DNA of 64,000 nt from Lama guanicoe (GCA_013239625.1 MU053758.1:682001-746000), one strand, 5' to 3'; shown: positions 1-12,905, numbered from the stretch's first letter. Made by a program: numbers and translations. The notes: generated by a model from the sequence alone, not told the origin.

Positions 1-149
1 CAGCTAGGATTAGAACCAGAGCCTTCCAATTCACCATAAAATGTTTTGAAACTATGGAGAAGATGATAGTGTTTGTGCAAGAGTTACTTCTCTCTTATTC
101 AGGGGACCTGAGCATTTCCTCCTGCTTTCTCTCTCTCTCTCTCTCATTA

Positions 150-390
150 CTAACAGTTATTGAGCACTGACTATGTTCCAAGCTCTTTGGTATGCACCCC
201 CCCACCTTAATCGTCACTATAACCCTATGAGGTAAGCCTAATAAAATCATCATCACAGTAATTGTTCTTCCCTTTTTATAGAATAAACTCAGGAAGTTAA
301 ACTTGCCCAAGACGATACAGTTAGTAAGTGGCAGAGTTGGAATTTAAGCTCATTATGTCCCACAGCAGAATCCATGCTCTGAATCATTAT
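150..390 (-). mobile_element. MIR SINE
   Basis: tattgagcactgactatg...aaccctatgaggta...aacttgcccaag...agtaagtggcagag. Confidence 0.85.
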
Positions 391-519
391 TTTTATAGCT
401 TTACTCAGATTTAAGCAATATCCCACTATGAAGGACTGAGTGCCCTTGCATGAAAAAAGGAATCAGTCCCATCAAGTAAGTACCAGTCTCCGTTTTATTT
501 TGTACACTTCTCTACTATA

Positions 520-670
520 GGGGCTTGTAATGGTTTGTTTTTATGTCCATCTCTTCCATTATAGTAGAAGGCAAAGGGGTTGTATGTCTTTCATCTTTTA
601 ATTTCCAAGACCTGGTACAGTGCCTGGCACAGAGAAGGTGCCTAATAAATGCTGAATCAGTGAGTAGATA
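520..670 (+). mobile_element. L2 3' end
   Basis: cctggtacagtgcctggcacagagaaggtgcctaataaatgctgaat. Confidence 0.75.
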
Positions 671-1799
671 AACACAACGCTGATAGAGCTCACAAGGCTA
701 CACACCACCAGCATAACCACTCAGAGTCCCTGAGCTGGGGACTTGGTCCACTACATCTGTTCTTTCTGCTTGGTTTCCTTGTGGGAGAAAGAGCAGCCTC
801 TTTCATGCCCTACAGAACAGAAATGTCAGTAAATAATCTTCCAATCTCTGCAGTGTGGTGTCTGGTCGATTACTCCTTCACTGGGTGCATTCTGGCAGTC
901 CAGTAGGGCACTGGCAGTGAGGATGGGCTCTACCAACCCAGGCGCTGTGGCGCCTGGCATATCAGTAGGTACAACGTCCCACATGAGAAGCTGCCTTTGT
1001 TCTGTGATTTAATGCAGATCGTTCATTAGGGGAGGGCCATGCAGGTGGAAGGGGGCAGTGGTTGTCCAGCATCCCTCCTCGTTACTTTGGTGTCTGGAGC
1101 CAGGAATCCCTTCCTCTTCCTGGTGGCTTGACTGGACCTCCCTAACCCATGAATGACCTAGGCTTGGCAGCATGGGTCTCATAAGAAGATTACTGAGGCT
1201 TGTTGCCTATTGAAGGTTAACCTGCCGTTTTTACACAAAGCCAATTTCCCCCAATCTATGTTCCCAAACTGGGAGAAGGGTTCATGCCACCAGCCCTGAT
1301 GTCTGCAGATCCTGCAGTGTCTGCTTTGACTTGAAATCTCTGGTCCAGACCATATTCACTTCCCTGTTGGGTTTCTCAGCTGGGTGTGCTGTTCGCATGC
1401 TTCTAGTCAAAGTTCCAGAGTCCCAGTGTTTGACTCCCCACAGCCACTCCCTCTTCCTGTGGAGGGAACTGACCCGACCTGGCCAGGCAGGGTGGCCCGC
1501 CATCCAGGTCTTTGCCCTTCCTAACGGCCGGGGAGTTCCAAGTTCCCACTGGGAGATGGCCTGCTCTCTTCAACCCCTCTCCAAGAATGTGCTCTCCCAT
1601 GGGAAAGGACACGGAGCCTTCCGCCCTGAGCTCCCAAGAGAGGTGCAGACAGTCACAGGAACGGGAAGAAAAGTCCCCTGCACTATAAATACTTCTCAAA
1701 TGTCTCCTGTAAATCTCCAGACGTGTCAGCGAGGCACAGGGAAGAGAGCTTGAATTAGAGCCGATTAGAGACCATATTCTCCCGGAGGAGGGCAAGCCT

Positions 1800-2470
1800 G
1801 CCCATCAAGCGAGCCCCACAAGGCCGCGGGGACCACCTCAGGAGGCAGCGTCTCTCCAGACAGCTTTCCTGGCAGCTGCCCCGTGCCGCCGGCTTTGGGG
1901 AGGACAGACACTATTTCCCCTTTGCTCTTCTGCCCTTTGTGGCCAGAGAGGCCGGGTCGTCCCGGGTGTGCCCTCTTCCCCGTGAGCGAGGGTGGGGGGA
2001 GGGCGCGAGGAAGAACCTAGACGTGGCAGAAGCAAACTGCCCGGGCCGGTGGGTGATTTATGAAGTGCTGAAAAGCATCTTCGAAGCTGTCATTTATCTT
2101 ACAGCTCTCAGCCTAAATAAACACAGAATCTGCCTAATTATAGTTACAGTGGAAACACAACACCCGAAGCCTCACGGCCATCGCTGCCAGCCCATCTCCG
2201 CCCGCGGCCGGGCGCCCGCATCAGCCCACAGCTGCACCCTAGCGGCTGCCTCCGCGCCCGCCCCGGGCTCCCGGCCTCGGCGCGGCGCGCCTTGCCCTGC
2301 TTCCCTCCAGACGCCCCTCATCTCCCCCACTTCCCTTCCTCTCTCCGTCCCGTTTCTCTCTTTCTCACGCTCACTCATGCGCCCAGGAGTGCACGTTCCC
2401 GAAAATAATTTGTCAAGAGCAGAGGCACCATCTCCATCCTGCCTGGAGACGCACCTGCTTGCCGCCCCCA
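1800..2470. promoter_or_regulatory. Intergenic CpG island with an embedded AT-rich motif block
   Basis: High CpG density (e.g. cgcccgcggccgggcgcccgc, cggcgcggcgcgcc); no recognisable coding exon. Confidence 0.8.
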
Positions 2471-5242
2471 TCCAGATGCAGCAGGAGCTGGAGAGGACCC
2501 TTGGCCTGGGTGGATGTTTCTACTCTTTCCCTGTCCTGGGAGCTTCCTTCGGTTGTAGTTCACCAGGTCCAGCCTGGCCCAGGGGACTCCTGCAAGGTCA
2601 AAGGGGCTCTTTCTGTTGTTGACTAGATCAGGAAAGGCCGGGGAGGGTCTTTGGTATCACTTAGGGTACAGAAAGAAGGAGAACCTTATTGCTCCTTGGT
2701 GTTTTTGTGTCCTCCTTGCTGGATGGTCTTTCCACTCTCTACCACTGTTCCTGGACTTGAACTCAGAATTTCCCTTCCTCCTTGGCATGTGGGAGGTCTC
2801 CTGCTTTTGGAGACTCTTCTGTCCTGGATGTCGAAGCAGAGAGGCAGGTACTTCAATAGCACCCAGGACAGTGATATCATAGGGTGGTTCTGGATGAAAC
2901 CCTTCCCCAGTAGGGTACCCTCTTCAGCTTGGTCCTGGGGAGGTGGGGCTTAGGGCCAGGGCTGTGTTTGACAAAAGAATTCAGTTATTCTAATAACCAA
3001 GGGGAATCAATCCATGACTAATGGAATCAGAGTCCCCTCAACTCTGCAGAAACCAGTTCCCTAAAAATGGCAATTTCAGAGCTCAAGGCAGTGCATCCAC
3101 CAGGGACAGTTCTGGATTTCATCCATGTGGTATTAACTTACACGCTAGCATATACATTACACTAGACATATAACTCACTCCTAATTTACTGTTGTCTTTC
3201 TGTGTGTGCAGGGTCTTGTTCTTGTAGACAAATTTGGGGATCTAATAACAAAGTAAAGGAAGGATTCCTCAAGGGCAGGTGTAATCTGAGTAGACCTCCT
3301 GGAGGATGTGTGCTTTGGAAAAGGATATAAATAAAGAAAGGGCTGCCACCTACCAGTTGGAAGGGAATGGAGAGGAGACCTTGAGGAAAGAGAAACTGGG
3401 AGTGAACACAAAGAGAAAGTAACTGCTTGCTCACTAAGAGCACAGACCCGGGTCTTTTTAATCCTGATTTTGCTTCCTAACTCAGCCCTCACTTGTTCTA
3501 TCAGAGGATTATGGAATGTAGTCCCCCGCTGTTTTAGTTCCAGAGTTGAAACCTAGCCAGAGCAGCCAATGAGTGGACCCATGTAACCGTGAGGGGCTCT
3601 GGCAGCTGGATTCAGAAGAGAGGCTCTTGAGTCAAGGTTTTTGATGACACCAGCAGCCTCTCTGCTAGTCTGTGGGTCCCTCGCCTCCCCAAAGCGCAGG
3701 AACTCCATCTCTCCCAAATCTAGTCTGTTCAGCCAAGTCTTGGAATCCTGCTCAAAGGAGAAAAATCAGGGCCTTTGCCATAGTATGCAGAGGCGTGTAA
3801 CAGAGGAGAGATCCATTTTTTACTAGTTATACCACTGCTTATCCATTACAGTAAGATAAAAATACCTGTTCCCTGCCTGGCTCCCAGAGCGCCAATTCAA
3901 ATGAATGAGGATGTAAAAGCTCATGGTAAGAAAATCTCTCCCTAGGTAGTTCCAGATGAAAGAACGGCTCTTTAGCACTTTGAGTGTGTTAGCCGATGAG
4001 GCCTCCCCCTATAGCAGGAGGGGAACTCTCTGCATTTTTTTAAAATAAGGGGCACAGAAAGCCTCAGAACAGTTAAATGAATTTCCTGAAGTCACACAGT
4101 AAATTACTTTTGAAGACTTGATTGTTTATCGAATCGCAAATGAGTTGTAAGGAGATTTGGTTTGCATTAACTCTGAAGGCCAAGACAGAAGGAAAACACA
4201 CTTTAAAGTCGCAGGTCTCTAGACTGGTGAGCAAATACATTTTTAATAGAAAGAGAAGGACTCTCTCCTGGTGTTCTGTTTTGCTGGAGTCTCATTGGTT
4301 TTTGTGGGTCTCTCTGTCTTGCTCTGCTTTTTCCCTTGTTCCTATTTTCTCCCCTTGCCTCGAGTCTCTCTTTTCTTCCCTCTTTCTTTCCTTCTGAACA
4401 TCCCAGTCAGCAGTTTTTTTTCCCCTGCCAGCTCTTTCCTGCCAGCTGCCAAAGCCTCTGCTCCCTCTCGACTTCCTCAGTTGATCCTGCGCAGGAGCTG
4501 ATAGCTTATCTCCACGCAGCAACAAGAAAAGTGAGATAGTGGGCTCAGAAGCCAGCCACCCCAGAGCATCTTGGGAAATGGTCTGCTGTTGTGAACTGTT
4601 CGGTCCTCACAACCTCACTCCCACCTCCAAGCCAAGATCACACGTAGATGCTTGTCTCCTCTCTCTCTGGTCTAGTCTGTGCTTCTACAGTCAGCTTAGG
4701 GCAGACAAAAGAAAAGGCCTGGACAGCTGAGGGTGCACATGTCCCCTTGTCTTTCAGATATCCAACTTGAAAGGGAGTTTAAGTCCTGGCTTTGTCTCTA
4801 ATGTGCTGTGCAACATCAGAAAAGTCACCCAGTCTCTCTGAGCTCCAATTTCTGCAGACAGGTATAATCCAACCGGAGTGGGTTTTTATGTATTTGACCC
4901 CAGGTTTAGGGCACTGGTAGGTCCTATCTGAGGAGTGGAGAGTAACTGCCATTTCCAGTAACTTCTGACACGGCATGCCCTTGCACTTTTCTGTTTCCCT
5001 TTTCTGTCACTTCATTCTGCACCCCAATGACCTAACACTGAAATTTTGTCCCGGGCAGGAATGATCTCACCTGGAGTGCTCCCAGTTTCAATTCTGAGAA
5101 AGCCCTGGGGCTTGGAAGTATATTATTCATTGGTTCTCTATCTAATAAATATGCAACTTTTCCTCTACTAGAAAAATAGTTTCCATTCCCACAAGGCAAT
5201 AAAAAGTAAAGAAATTGCTTCATCTTCTGCTTTGGTCTAAGC

Positions 5243-5479
5243 CAGTGGTTCTCAAATGGGAGTGACTTTTGCCCCCATCCCTCCAAAAAAAAAAAAAAAA
5301 ACCAGAAGATTTATTTGGTATTGCTTGGAGACATTTTAGGTTGAGAGGGGTTTGCTACTGGCACCTAGTGGGTAGACACCAAGGACGCTGCTAAACATCC
5401 TGCTGAGAAAGGGACAGCCCCCCACAACCAAGAATTATCGGGTCAAAAATGTCAGCTGGGCTGAGGTTGAGAAACCCTG
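5243..5479 (+). mobile_element. MER20 (hAT-Charlie MITE)
   Basis: Termini cagtggttctcaa ... ttgagaaaccctg; internal tgctactggcacctagtgggtaga and ggacagccccccacaac; 8-bp hAT-type TSD gtctaagc / gtctaagt. Confidence 0.9.
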
Positions 5480-6774
5480 GTCTAAGTCATCATATCATCA
5501 TAACAATGTCCTTGCTGAAGTTCTGGGGCCTCACAGAATGTGGAGGTGGCAAGGATTTGCCCTCAGAAGGCCCCCATGTAACAGGGAAATAGTGCCTCTG
5601 GATTAGGAGGCAACCTGTCTGAGAGGAGAGACAAGTTTCTTAACTCCATGCTTGAGGAATTTATGGCGTAAAGAAAGCCACCTGGGAATATGATATATTA
5701 AATCAGTATTTATCCATTCAACAGGTATTTATGGAGCTCCTCCTGTATGACAGGTCCTGTGTAAGGTGTTAAGGATGTCCGAAGTGAGTTCTCAATCCAT
5801 ACGCCTACACCCAGGAGGGAGTTTCCCTTCCTCTTGGTCTCATTTCCAGTCACCATCGTGGGCAAGATTTGACCAAATACTCGTGAGTGGAAAGGACACA
5901 GGGAACTGAGTAGGAACAAAGTTGGATGTGTTGATGGGCAGTGCTTAGAACAACAGAAGCCAGACTTGTGAAAAGAAAAGCAGATTTGGGTTCCATTGTA
6001 AGAGCAGGTAAGCATTCCTGGATTGAGACGGCCACAGAATGGAGATGCTGTTGCGAAGTGGGACCTGATGATTTCTATTGGACTTAGGCCCAGTAACCGA
6101 AATTCTCTGAGTTGCATGAACTAACAGGATTCAACGTGGCTTTGCAATACGCCTTGGAGCTCACGGTAACTGCTCTATGAATATGGTAGGAAGAGAGAAA
6201 CGCTGGCAAACCCAGTGCAGCCTGGAAGTGTTCTTACGTGGAGATCTTCCTCCTTTACCCACCTTGTACAAAGGAATTCACTTGCCCTGGGTGAAGGGAA
6301 AGGAGGGACCTTAGAAAGTGGGAGTTCTTGTCAGCATTGGCATAAGTGGCAGTAGGCCAAAGACTTGATTCTGAATTGTCCTGCCTTTAGAGATGTGAGC
6401 AAATTTTTTTTATCTCATATAGTAGGATACAGGACAAATAGGCCTCTACTGGAAAAGTAACATGCGTTCATTTGACTCCATTTACTGAGCACTTACAATG
6501 TACAGGAATTATTCCAAGTACTCCAGGATGCATTTATTGATTACTTACTCTTTCACAGTAAGTCATATATTGAACCTCTACTGGCACTGTGCTAAATGCT
6601 TGGGATACAGAAATGAAACACAGCCTGTCAATGGTCCATGAGGAAACAACCATTTCTTAAATTCCTACATACTAAGCTTCAAACTAAGAACTTTATGCAC
6701 ATTATGTTTATAATACTCATAATAATCTTGAGCCTATTTTATAGACGAAGAAAACAAAGGAGCCCCAATTTTTT

Positions 6775-7171
6775 TAAACTGAAGTATAATCGATTTCCAA
6801 TGTTGTGTTAGTTTGAGGTATATAACAAAAGTACTTCAGTTTTACACACACACACACACACACACACATATATTCTTTTTCAGGTTCTTTTCCATTATAG
6901 GTCATTATAAGATATTGAATATAGTTCCCTGTGCTATACAGTAGGTCCTTGTTGGTTATCTATTTTATATATGTTAATCCCAAACTCCTAATTTATTCCT
7001 TCCCCCTTTCCCCTTTGGTAACCATAAGTTTGTTTTCTATGTCTGTTTTCTCCTTCAGTTTTGTAAATAAGTTCATTTGTATCATTTTTTTAGATTCCAC
7101 ATATAAGCGATATCATATGATAATTGTCTTTCTCTGTCTGACTTACTTCACCTAGTATGATAATCTCCAGG
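6775..7171 (-). mobile_element. L1 3' UTR fragment (artiodactyl/camelid type) containing a (CA)n microsatellite at ~6844-6868
   Basis: gaagtataatcgatt...gctatacagtaggtccttgttg...tagattccacatataagcgatatc; resembles the 3' UTR at ~61040-61390 on the opposite strand. Near-perfect TSD at 6756-6774 and 7172-7190. Confidence 0.88.
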
Positions 7172-7194
7172 AAAGGACTCCCAATTTTTTAAGC

Positions 7195-7780
7195 CAGTTG
7201 TATGGCATTTCCTCAAAAAATTAAAAAGAGGATTACCATATGATCCAGCAATCCACTTCCAAAAGAATTGAAAGCAGAGTCTCAAAGAGATTTGTGTACA
7301 CCCTTGTTCATAGCAGCACTATTCACAATCACCAAAAGGTGGACGCAACCCAAGGGTCCACCAACAGATGAATGAGGAAACCAAGTGTGGTATATACATA
7401 CAATGGAGTACGATTCAGCCTTTAAAAAAGAAGGACATTCTACATTTCCTATGCTAAACTTGAATGAACCTTAAGGGCATTATGCTAAATGAAATAACTC
7501 AGTCACAAAAAGACAAATACTGTATGATTCCTCTTATATGAGGTACCCAGAGTAGTCAAATTCATAGAGACAGAAAATGGAACGGTAGTTGCCAGGGGCT
7601 GGGAGGAGCGGGGCAGGGGAGTGGTCGTTCAATGGCTATAGAGTCAGTTTTTCAAGATCAAAAGAGTTCTGAAGATTGGTTACACACCAATGTGAATACA
7701 CTGAACACTAGTGAACTGTACACTGAAAAACGATAAAGATGGTAAATTGTATGTTGTGTATATTTTACCACAATAAAAAA
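7195..7780 (+). mobile_element. L1MA/L1MB-type 3' end
   Basis: taccatatgatccagcaat, gttcatagcagcactattcacaat, cacaaaaagacaaatactgtatgattcc, ttttaccacaataaaaaa; flanked by aattttttaagc at 7183-7194 and 7781-7792. Confidence 0.88.
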
Positions 7781-8461
7781 AATTTTTTAAGCTTAAGCCA
7801 CATATCCAAGTTCTGATTCTAAAGTCCCATTTTTTTCCACTACGAAAACAACTATAAGATAAGGGGGAAAGGAATACATCCTTAGAGGAATCCAGATGAG
7901 GAATCATTTATTAACGTGTCATCCTTTGCGTCCAAAGATGACAACATCACTATTTTCCTTTGGGCAATTGGGGCCAGAAGGAGGTACTAGCCAATAGCCT
8001 CACTCCAAGTCAAGATTTAACATCATTTGCAGAGTCTGATGCAGTTAAAGATTCAGGCTTCTCTTCTCAAAGTCTTTGTTCAGAAAGATCTTTACCCCCT
8101 TCCCCAATCTCATCCACCCTCTTCTAGCCACGCATGCTGCTTTGCAACTGCTCACAGCCAAGAACCGAGATCACTCTTAGTGGAACCAAGTTTTACAAAG
8201 GCAGAGATGTGGAGAGGGCAGCCCCTGGCAAACCTGTGAAGCAGGCAAAGTTTATTTTCAGGCCTCGGGCTTTCCTTTTCTGCAGCTGGCACAGGGCTAA
8301 GAGTCAGGAGACTTGAGTTGTAGCTTCTGCTACTAACTTGCTGCGTGACCCTGGAGAGACAGCTTCTTCTCTGAGCCTTGATTTCTGCATTTGCAAGGTA
8401 AGGGGTTTTGTTCTACGTGGTGTCTGCAGCTCCCCCTCCAATATTGACCCTGGAGGAACTT

Positions 8462-8475
8462 TGAACCCTTGACCT
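8462..8475 (-). promoter_or_regulatory. Consensus DR2 element (AGGTCA ag GGTTCA)
   Basis: Plus strand reads tgaacc ct tgacct. Function untested. Confidence 0.5.
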
Positions 8476-11400
8476 CTTCACTCCACTACCTCCCCAGGGT
8501 CCTCCTGCTCTCTCATACCTTCTCTTTTGGCAAAACTACTCTGGACCAGTTCTGATACATTCATTCATGCACAGGCACATTTTCTCCCGAGGGTATTTGC
8601 ATTTCCACTGGGATCCAGATGAGAATGAATGAGGCTCTAACTTGGATTTCTTTTGATTGCAGAAGCAAAGGGCTGTTTGAAGGGTCGGGTGGAGGTGGGG
8701 GGAGGGACTCACTCCAGCTGCTGATGGAAAGCAGGGCCCAGCCCAGGGCTGAGGCCTTGCTTGGGTGCAGATCTCAGCACACCTCTCCACATGTGGCCCA
8801 GGTGTGAACCCACCATACATCTTCCTCTCTTGCCAGGGACTCTGTAGGGATGCTGGCAGCCCCTCTGTCTCTGAGGAAGTCAGTTCCAGCTCAGATGCTG
8901 ATGAGGTCATCGGGATCCCTTGTCTGAGCTGGAATTTGGCAGGAGGGCTCGTGGGGCAGCTGTTTGTGGTTTCTCTTTTCCTCTGAAGGAAGGTCTGAGC
9001 AGATGATCTCTTAGGAGCTGCCTGTTTCCATGTGAAGGAGAAGCAGGATGTGGCTCCGGATCAGCAGAATGGGAGTGGGGTGGCAGAGGGTGTCTGGGGG
9101 TGTCTGGGGCAACACAAAAGTGACATATTTTGTGAGGTGAAAGATCCCAACTTCTTTCAATAACTTCCTCAACTCCACTTTTGTTCTTGGGAAACCCCAT
9201 TTCTTACTAATATTTATTCATGAGGAGTTTTGTTTTTGGAGATTTTGAGGAGCAGCTGCTTTGGGGTCCGAGGGAATTCACCCACTGTGAAGGCAGCTTT
9301 TCATCTACTCAGGGCAGCCAGGCTTCTCATCAAGAAAACATCAGCTCCTCGAGGCGGAGGGGCCTGCAACTCCAGCAGGATTAGTGTGCTGCTGCGGAGG
9401 GCTCCCGGCATCCTCTGCTGGCCAGACAGCCCTGAGGCCTGGGGGCAGGACACAGGGGCGTCCACGTGACGGGACAGGCATCCCTGCCTGGGGACCTCGC
9501 GGAGCCTCTTTGGCCAGCAAATCGCTACACTGGAGGCTCCAAGGACTAGGAGTTCCAGACAGTCCTCGTCTTTCAGAGGCTTGTGTCTAATGGGAGAATC
9601 CAGAGACTTCTACTCTCCCCACCCCCAGAAAACAAATCCAATGGGACATACAAATGAGTGCCCAGTGGGGAGTGCGGAGGGAAGGCAGAATTAGAAAAAG
9701 ATGTGCACAGGGTGGTTTTTATTGGGGAAGTCAGGAATTCTAGAAAGTCAAAGTTGGCAGGAACTTACTAGTCCAACCCTTGTATTTTCCAGACAGAGAA
9801 ATTATGGGAAGTGACTCGTGTAAAGAATGCATCAAAGATGAGATTCAAAGATAGGTCTGGCCCTAGCCCAGGGCTCTTTCCTTTACATCTGATCTCTAAA
9901 TGTCTGGTTGGCCCAGCATTCTAGGACAGCATGACTCAGCACGGCTCACTCACTCTGCGACTTCCCAACTAGCTCCTCCTCACGCTTACAAGTTTTGGTC
10001 TGGGTTTCCTCTCATCCTTTACTGTTCACTGCTTTCTTTTTTAATGCCCATCTGAGCAAACTCAGCTCTGTAATGCTCATGGGATTGTAGACATAAGGCT
10101 CCAGGTTCCACATGAAAGAGAGTCCTGGGAATGTTTTGGCCCCAAAAGGGGGCAGTGACCTTCCATAAGGAAAGATGTAGGGAAATCAAGACTGTCCTTA
10201 GTTCTTCCTGAGGCGGACTAGTTCCTCTCCTTGCCCACTGCCAGCTCTCCGTACCGACACTGAGCCCCATCCCCCAGGGCTTCACCTGGTCCTGCCTCCC
10301 TGGCTGCCTTCTTTCCACCCCCCTCACCCCCATTTCAGGTCTGGAGCTTTGAAAAGTGTTTGTCACTGAGCACTTGGACATTTAGATTATTACTCCTCAT
10401 TCCACACTCCTTACTGGTTTTGCTTTCCCTTTTCAAACCCTGAACACACTCCTGATGTCATTCCAAATTCTAAAAAAAAAAAAAAGAGAGAGAGAGAATT
10501 CTTGGATATCTGCACTAAATGGGAATGGGAGATATTAGTGACTGAGGTCACAGATGGGGTAAAAGGGTAGAAACTAGATGATGAATCAAGCCATCTGGCT
10601 AGGCTCTCCTACTGCCCTACTGTGTGCAGAGTCTTGGGCAAAGCCTTTAACATCTCTGTGCTTTAGTGTCTTATTTATTGGGTAAGGATAATACTGCTTG
10701 ACTCATCAGGTACCAAGTGTTGATTTATATCTTATTTCATATTCTATTTGTATACTACAGTCACAAAGATCCTCACGCCTAAGGTCAGGAAACCGATGTT
10801 CTGCGAGGGCTCCCCTTCTGTCAAATTGCTGCAGGTGGGAAGCCAACCTGGAGGCAGGTGTTCCTAGGAACAGTATAGCAAGGCGACTCTAAGACCCCTG
10901 CAATGGGAAGCTCTTGCAGCTGGAAGTCAGGACACCAGTCCACTCCCCCCTTTACTGTTCTACTGTGTATGGAATCGCAGGCAAGTTCATCTCCCCACCT
11001 GAGTTTTCCCATCTGTAAAATAAGAAGAATTAAAACTTGTTTGAAAGCTTCCACACATCCCCAATTCAACTGGGGATAAAGTTCGTTTCAAGAAGCTCTT
11101 GAAGTGTTAGGGAAGGAAGAGGCTGTGTTAACCCAAAATAGTTTTATTAGTCTCGGTTTCCAGAAGGAAGGAGTGTACAGAGCTTCCTCTAGCTCAGCAC
11201 CTGGGTGGTGGCTGGAGCCTGCCAGGGCCTCCATCTGCCCACGTCAGAGGATGTACAACGAATGGTGGTGCCAGAGGCAGATGCAACAGAGAGGGAGCTA
11301 TGCTTCACCAGCTTGTCAACATGTCATTAGGGTGTTCCTGTGGGAACCAAGAGCAGAGGCAGGAGGCAGGAGACGTGGGAGGGAGGGAGGCGGGAGGAGG

Positions 11401-12905
11401 GAGGAAGAGAGAGAAATGGAAGAGATGAAGGGGTTCATGCCAGTACCGCATTCATCCCTGTCAGGAGGAGAGCTCTATCAAACCAAGGCCAGGCCTATAA
11501 ATCAGACCATAATTAGTTGCAAAGAGAAAGCTTTAACATCCTCATCAAATTGATTAATACATCTTGCAGCTCAGGACAGGCTGGCCCTGCCTCGGAAAAA
11601 CTGCAAGCTCGCCCAGCTGGGTGGGGATGGAGTAGGGAGAAGGGACCATTCCGGCCGTAGCTGCATGGAGCCCGCTGAGTTCTGCCCCTCTGTTTACTCA
11701 CTTGAAGGAACCTCTGACAGGTGGCAGGCGAGGCCAGCTCTTAGTCCAGGAGGTCATTGTGGGCCTGGAGCCCAGAGAATCAAATGAATGTGCTAGTTTT
11801 ACTGGGAATCAGCCCTGAAACCACTGACAAATTATTTTTTTCCTTCTGGGTCTCAGTTTCACCATCTGCAAAAAGGACACGTTGGACCAGAGGAACTTCG
11901 TTTCCTTCCACTTCTGACACCATAAATGTCTATGAGCCTAATGGACAAGGACATTTAAAGGTCATGGCCAGTGAAGACCTGACTACAGAGTCCATTTCTA
12001 GAATACCCAATGGGAGGTCAGAAGTTTGGGACATGCTTAAATAAGTTGGCCTCACTCAAGCTTGAGATTACCAAGCTTCGCCTGTGTGTCCTTTCCTGAA
12101 TGCTTTTATCCTTCAAGGCAACACAGAAAGAAAAGATACAGATTAACTTGGATTTACATCCTGACTCAACCAGTTATTAGCCATGTGTTTGGGGAAAGTT
12201 ACCAAACCTCTTCAGCTTCCTCCTCTGTAAGAGAGGAATAATAATGTCTCTCTTCCTGGGCCATAATGAGGTGTAGATAAAATATATGGTTGACAGGTAA
12301 TCACTAGCAGTATTATTCTTCAGATGACTCTTGATATCTTAATCATGGCATCGAAATCACATGGAGACAAAAGTAAAGTCCTGATTCCCCACAGGATGGC
12401 CAACTAGTCACCCTCCTGGGATGTTGTATGAATAGGCAGCATTTTGTTGTGTAAAAATCACTGGACTCGAACTTGGAAGGTTTGGGTTCTGAGCTCACCT
12501 TGGCATCTTATGAGTTGAGTGACTTCGTGCAAGACCCTTCACCTTTCTGAATTTGGCCTTCCTGAATCTGGAATGTTTTCACATCCAATCAGATAATGTG
12601 TATAAATGACCTCATAAAATATAAATCACTATTCAAATAGAAAGCATTTGATAACCAATGTTCTGGATATCAGTCACCCTTGCCTGCTGCTCACTGCCCT
12701 GAAGTCTCATATCTGGAAAAACAAATCAAATAGGTTTTTCTTCAAGCCCTTGGGACATGCTTCATTGCTCAGAGGGACCCTGTGTCCTTATGTCTTCTAT
12801 GAATCACACTTTTCTGGTTTCCTGTTTTAACAGAAACTCTGACCTAATTGCTTATGATAAATGGAGATTCTCTATTTCTTGGTATTTGGAACACATATTG
12901 GTTGA

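Noticed and set aside
1767..1785. agagaccatattctcccgg resembles a short stretch of SKAP1 exon 2 as I recall it
   Set aside because: Only ~14 nt, upstream of exon 1, and the flanking translation does not match SKAP1; chance.
1939..2622. 227-aa ORF and overlapping ORFs across the first CpG island
   Set aside because: Non-ATG start, low-complexity Pro/Ala/Arg/Ser composition expected from GC-rich DNA, no recognisable domain or splice structure.
10142..10157. CTCF-like CCAAAAGGGGGCAG
   Set aside because: Two mismatches in the core and no upstream module; too weak.
10721..10728. Additional TGATTTAT/ATAAATCA octamers (also ~12621, 53045, 58812)
   Set aside because: Isolated hits in or next to MIR/L1 sequence. 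They show that the octamer alone occurs by chance, so only clustered cases were reported.
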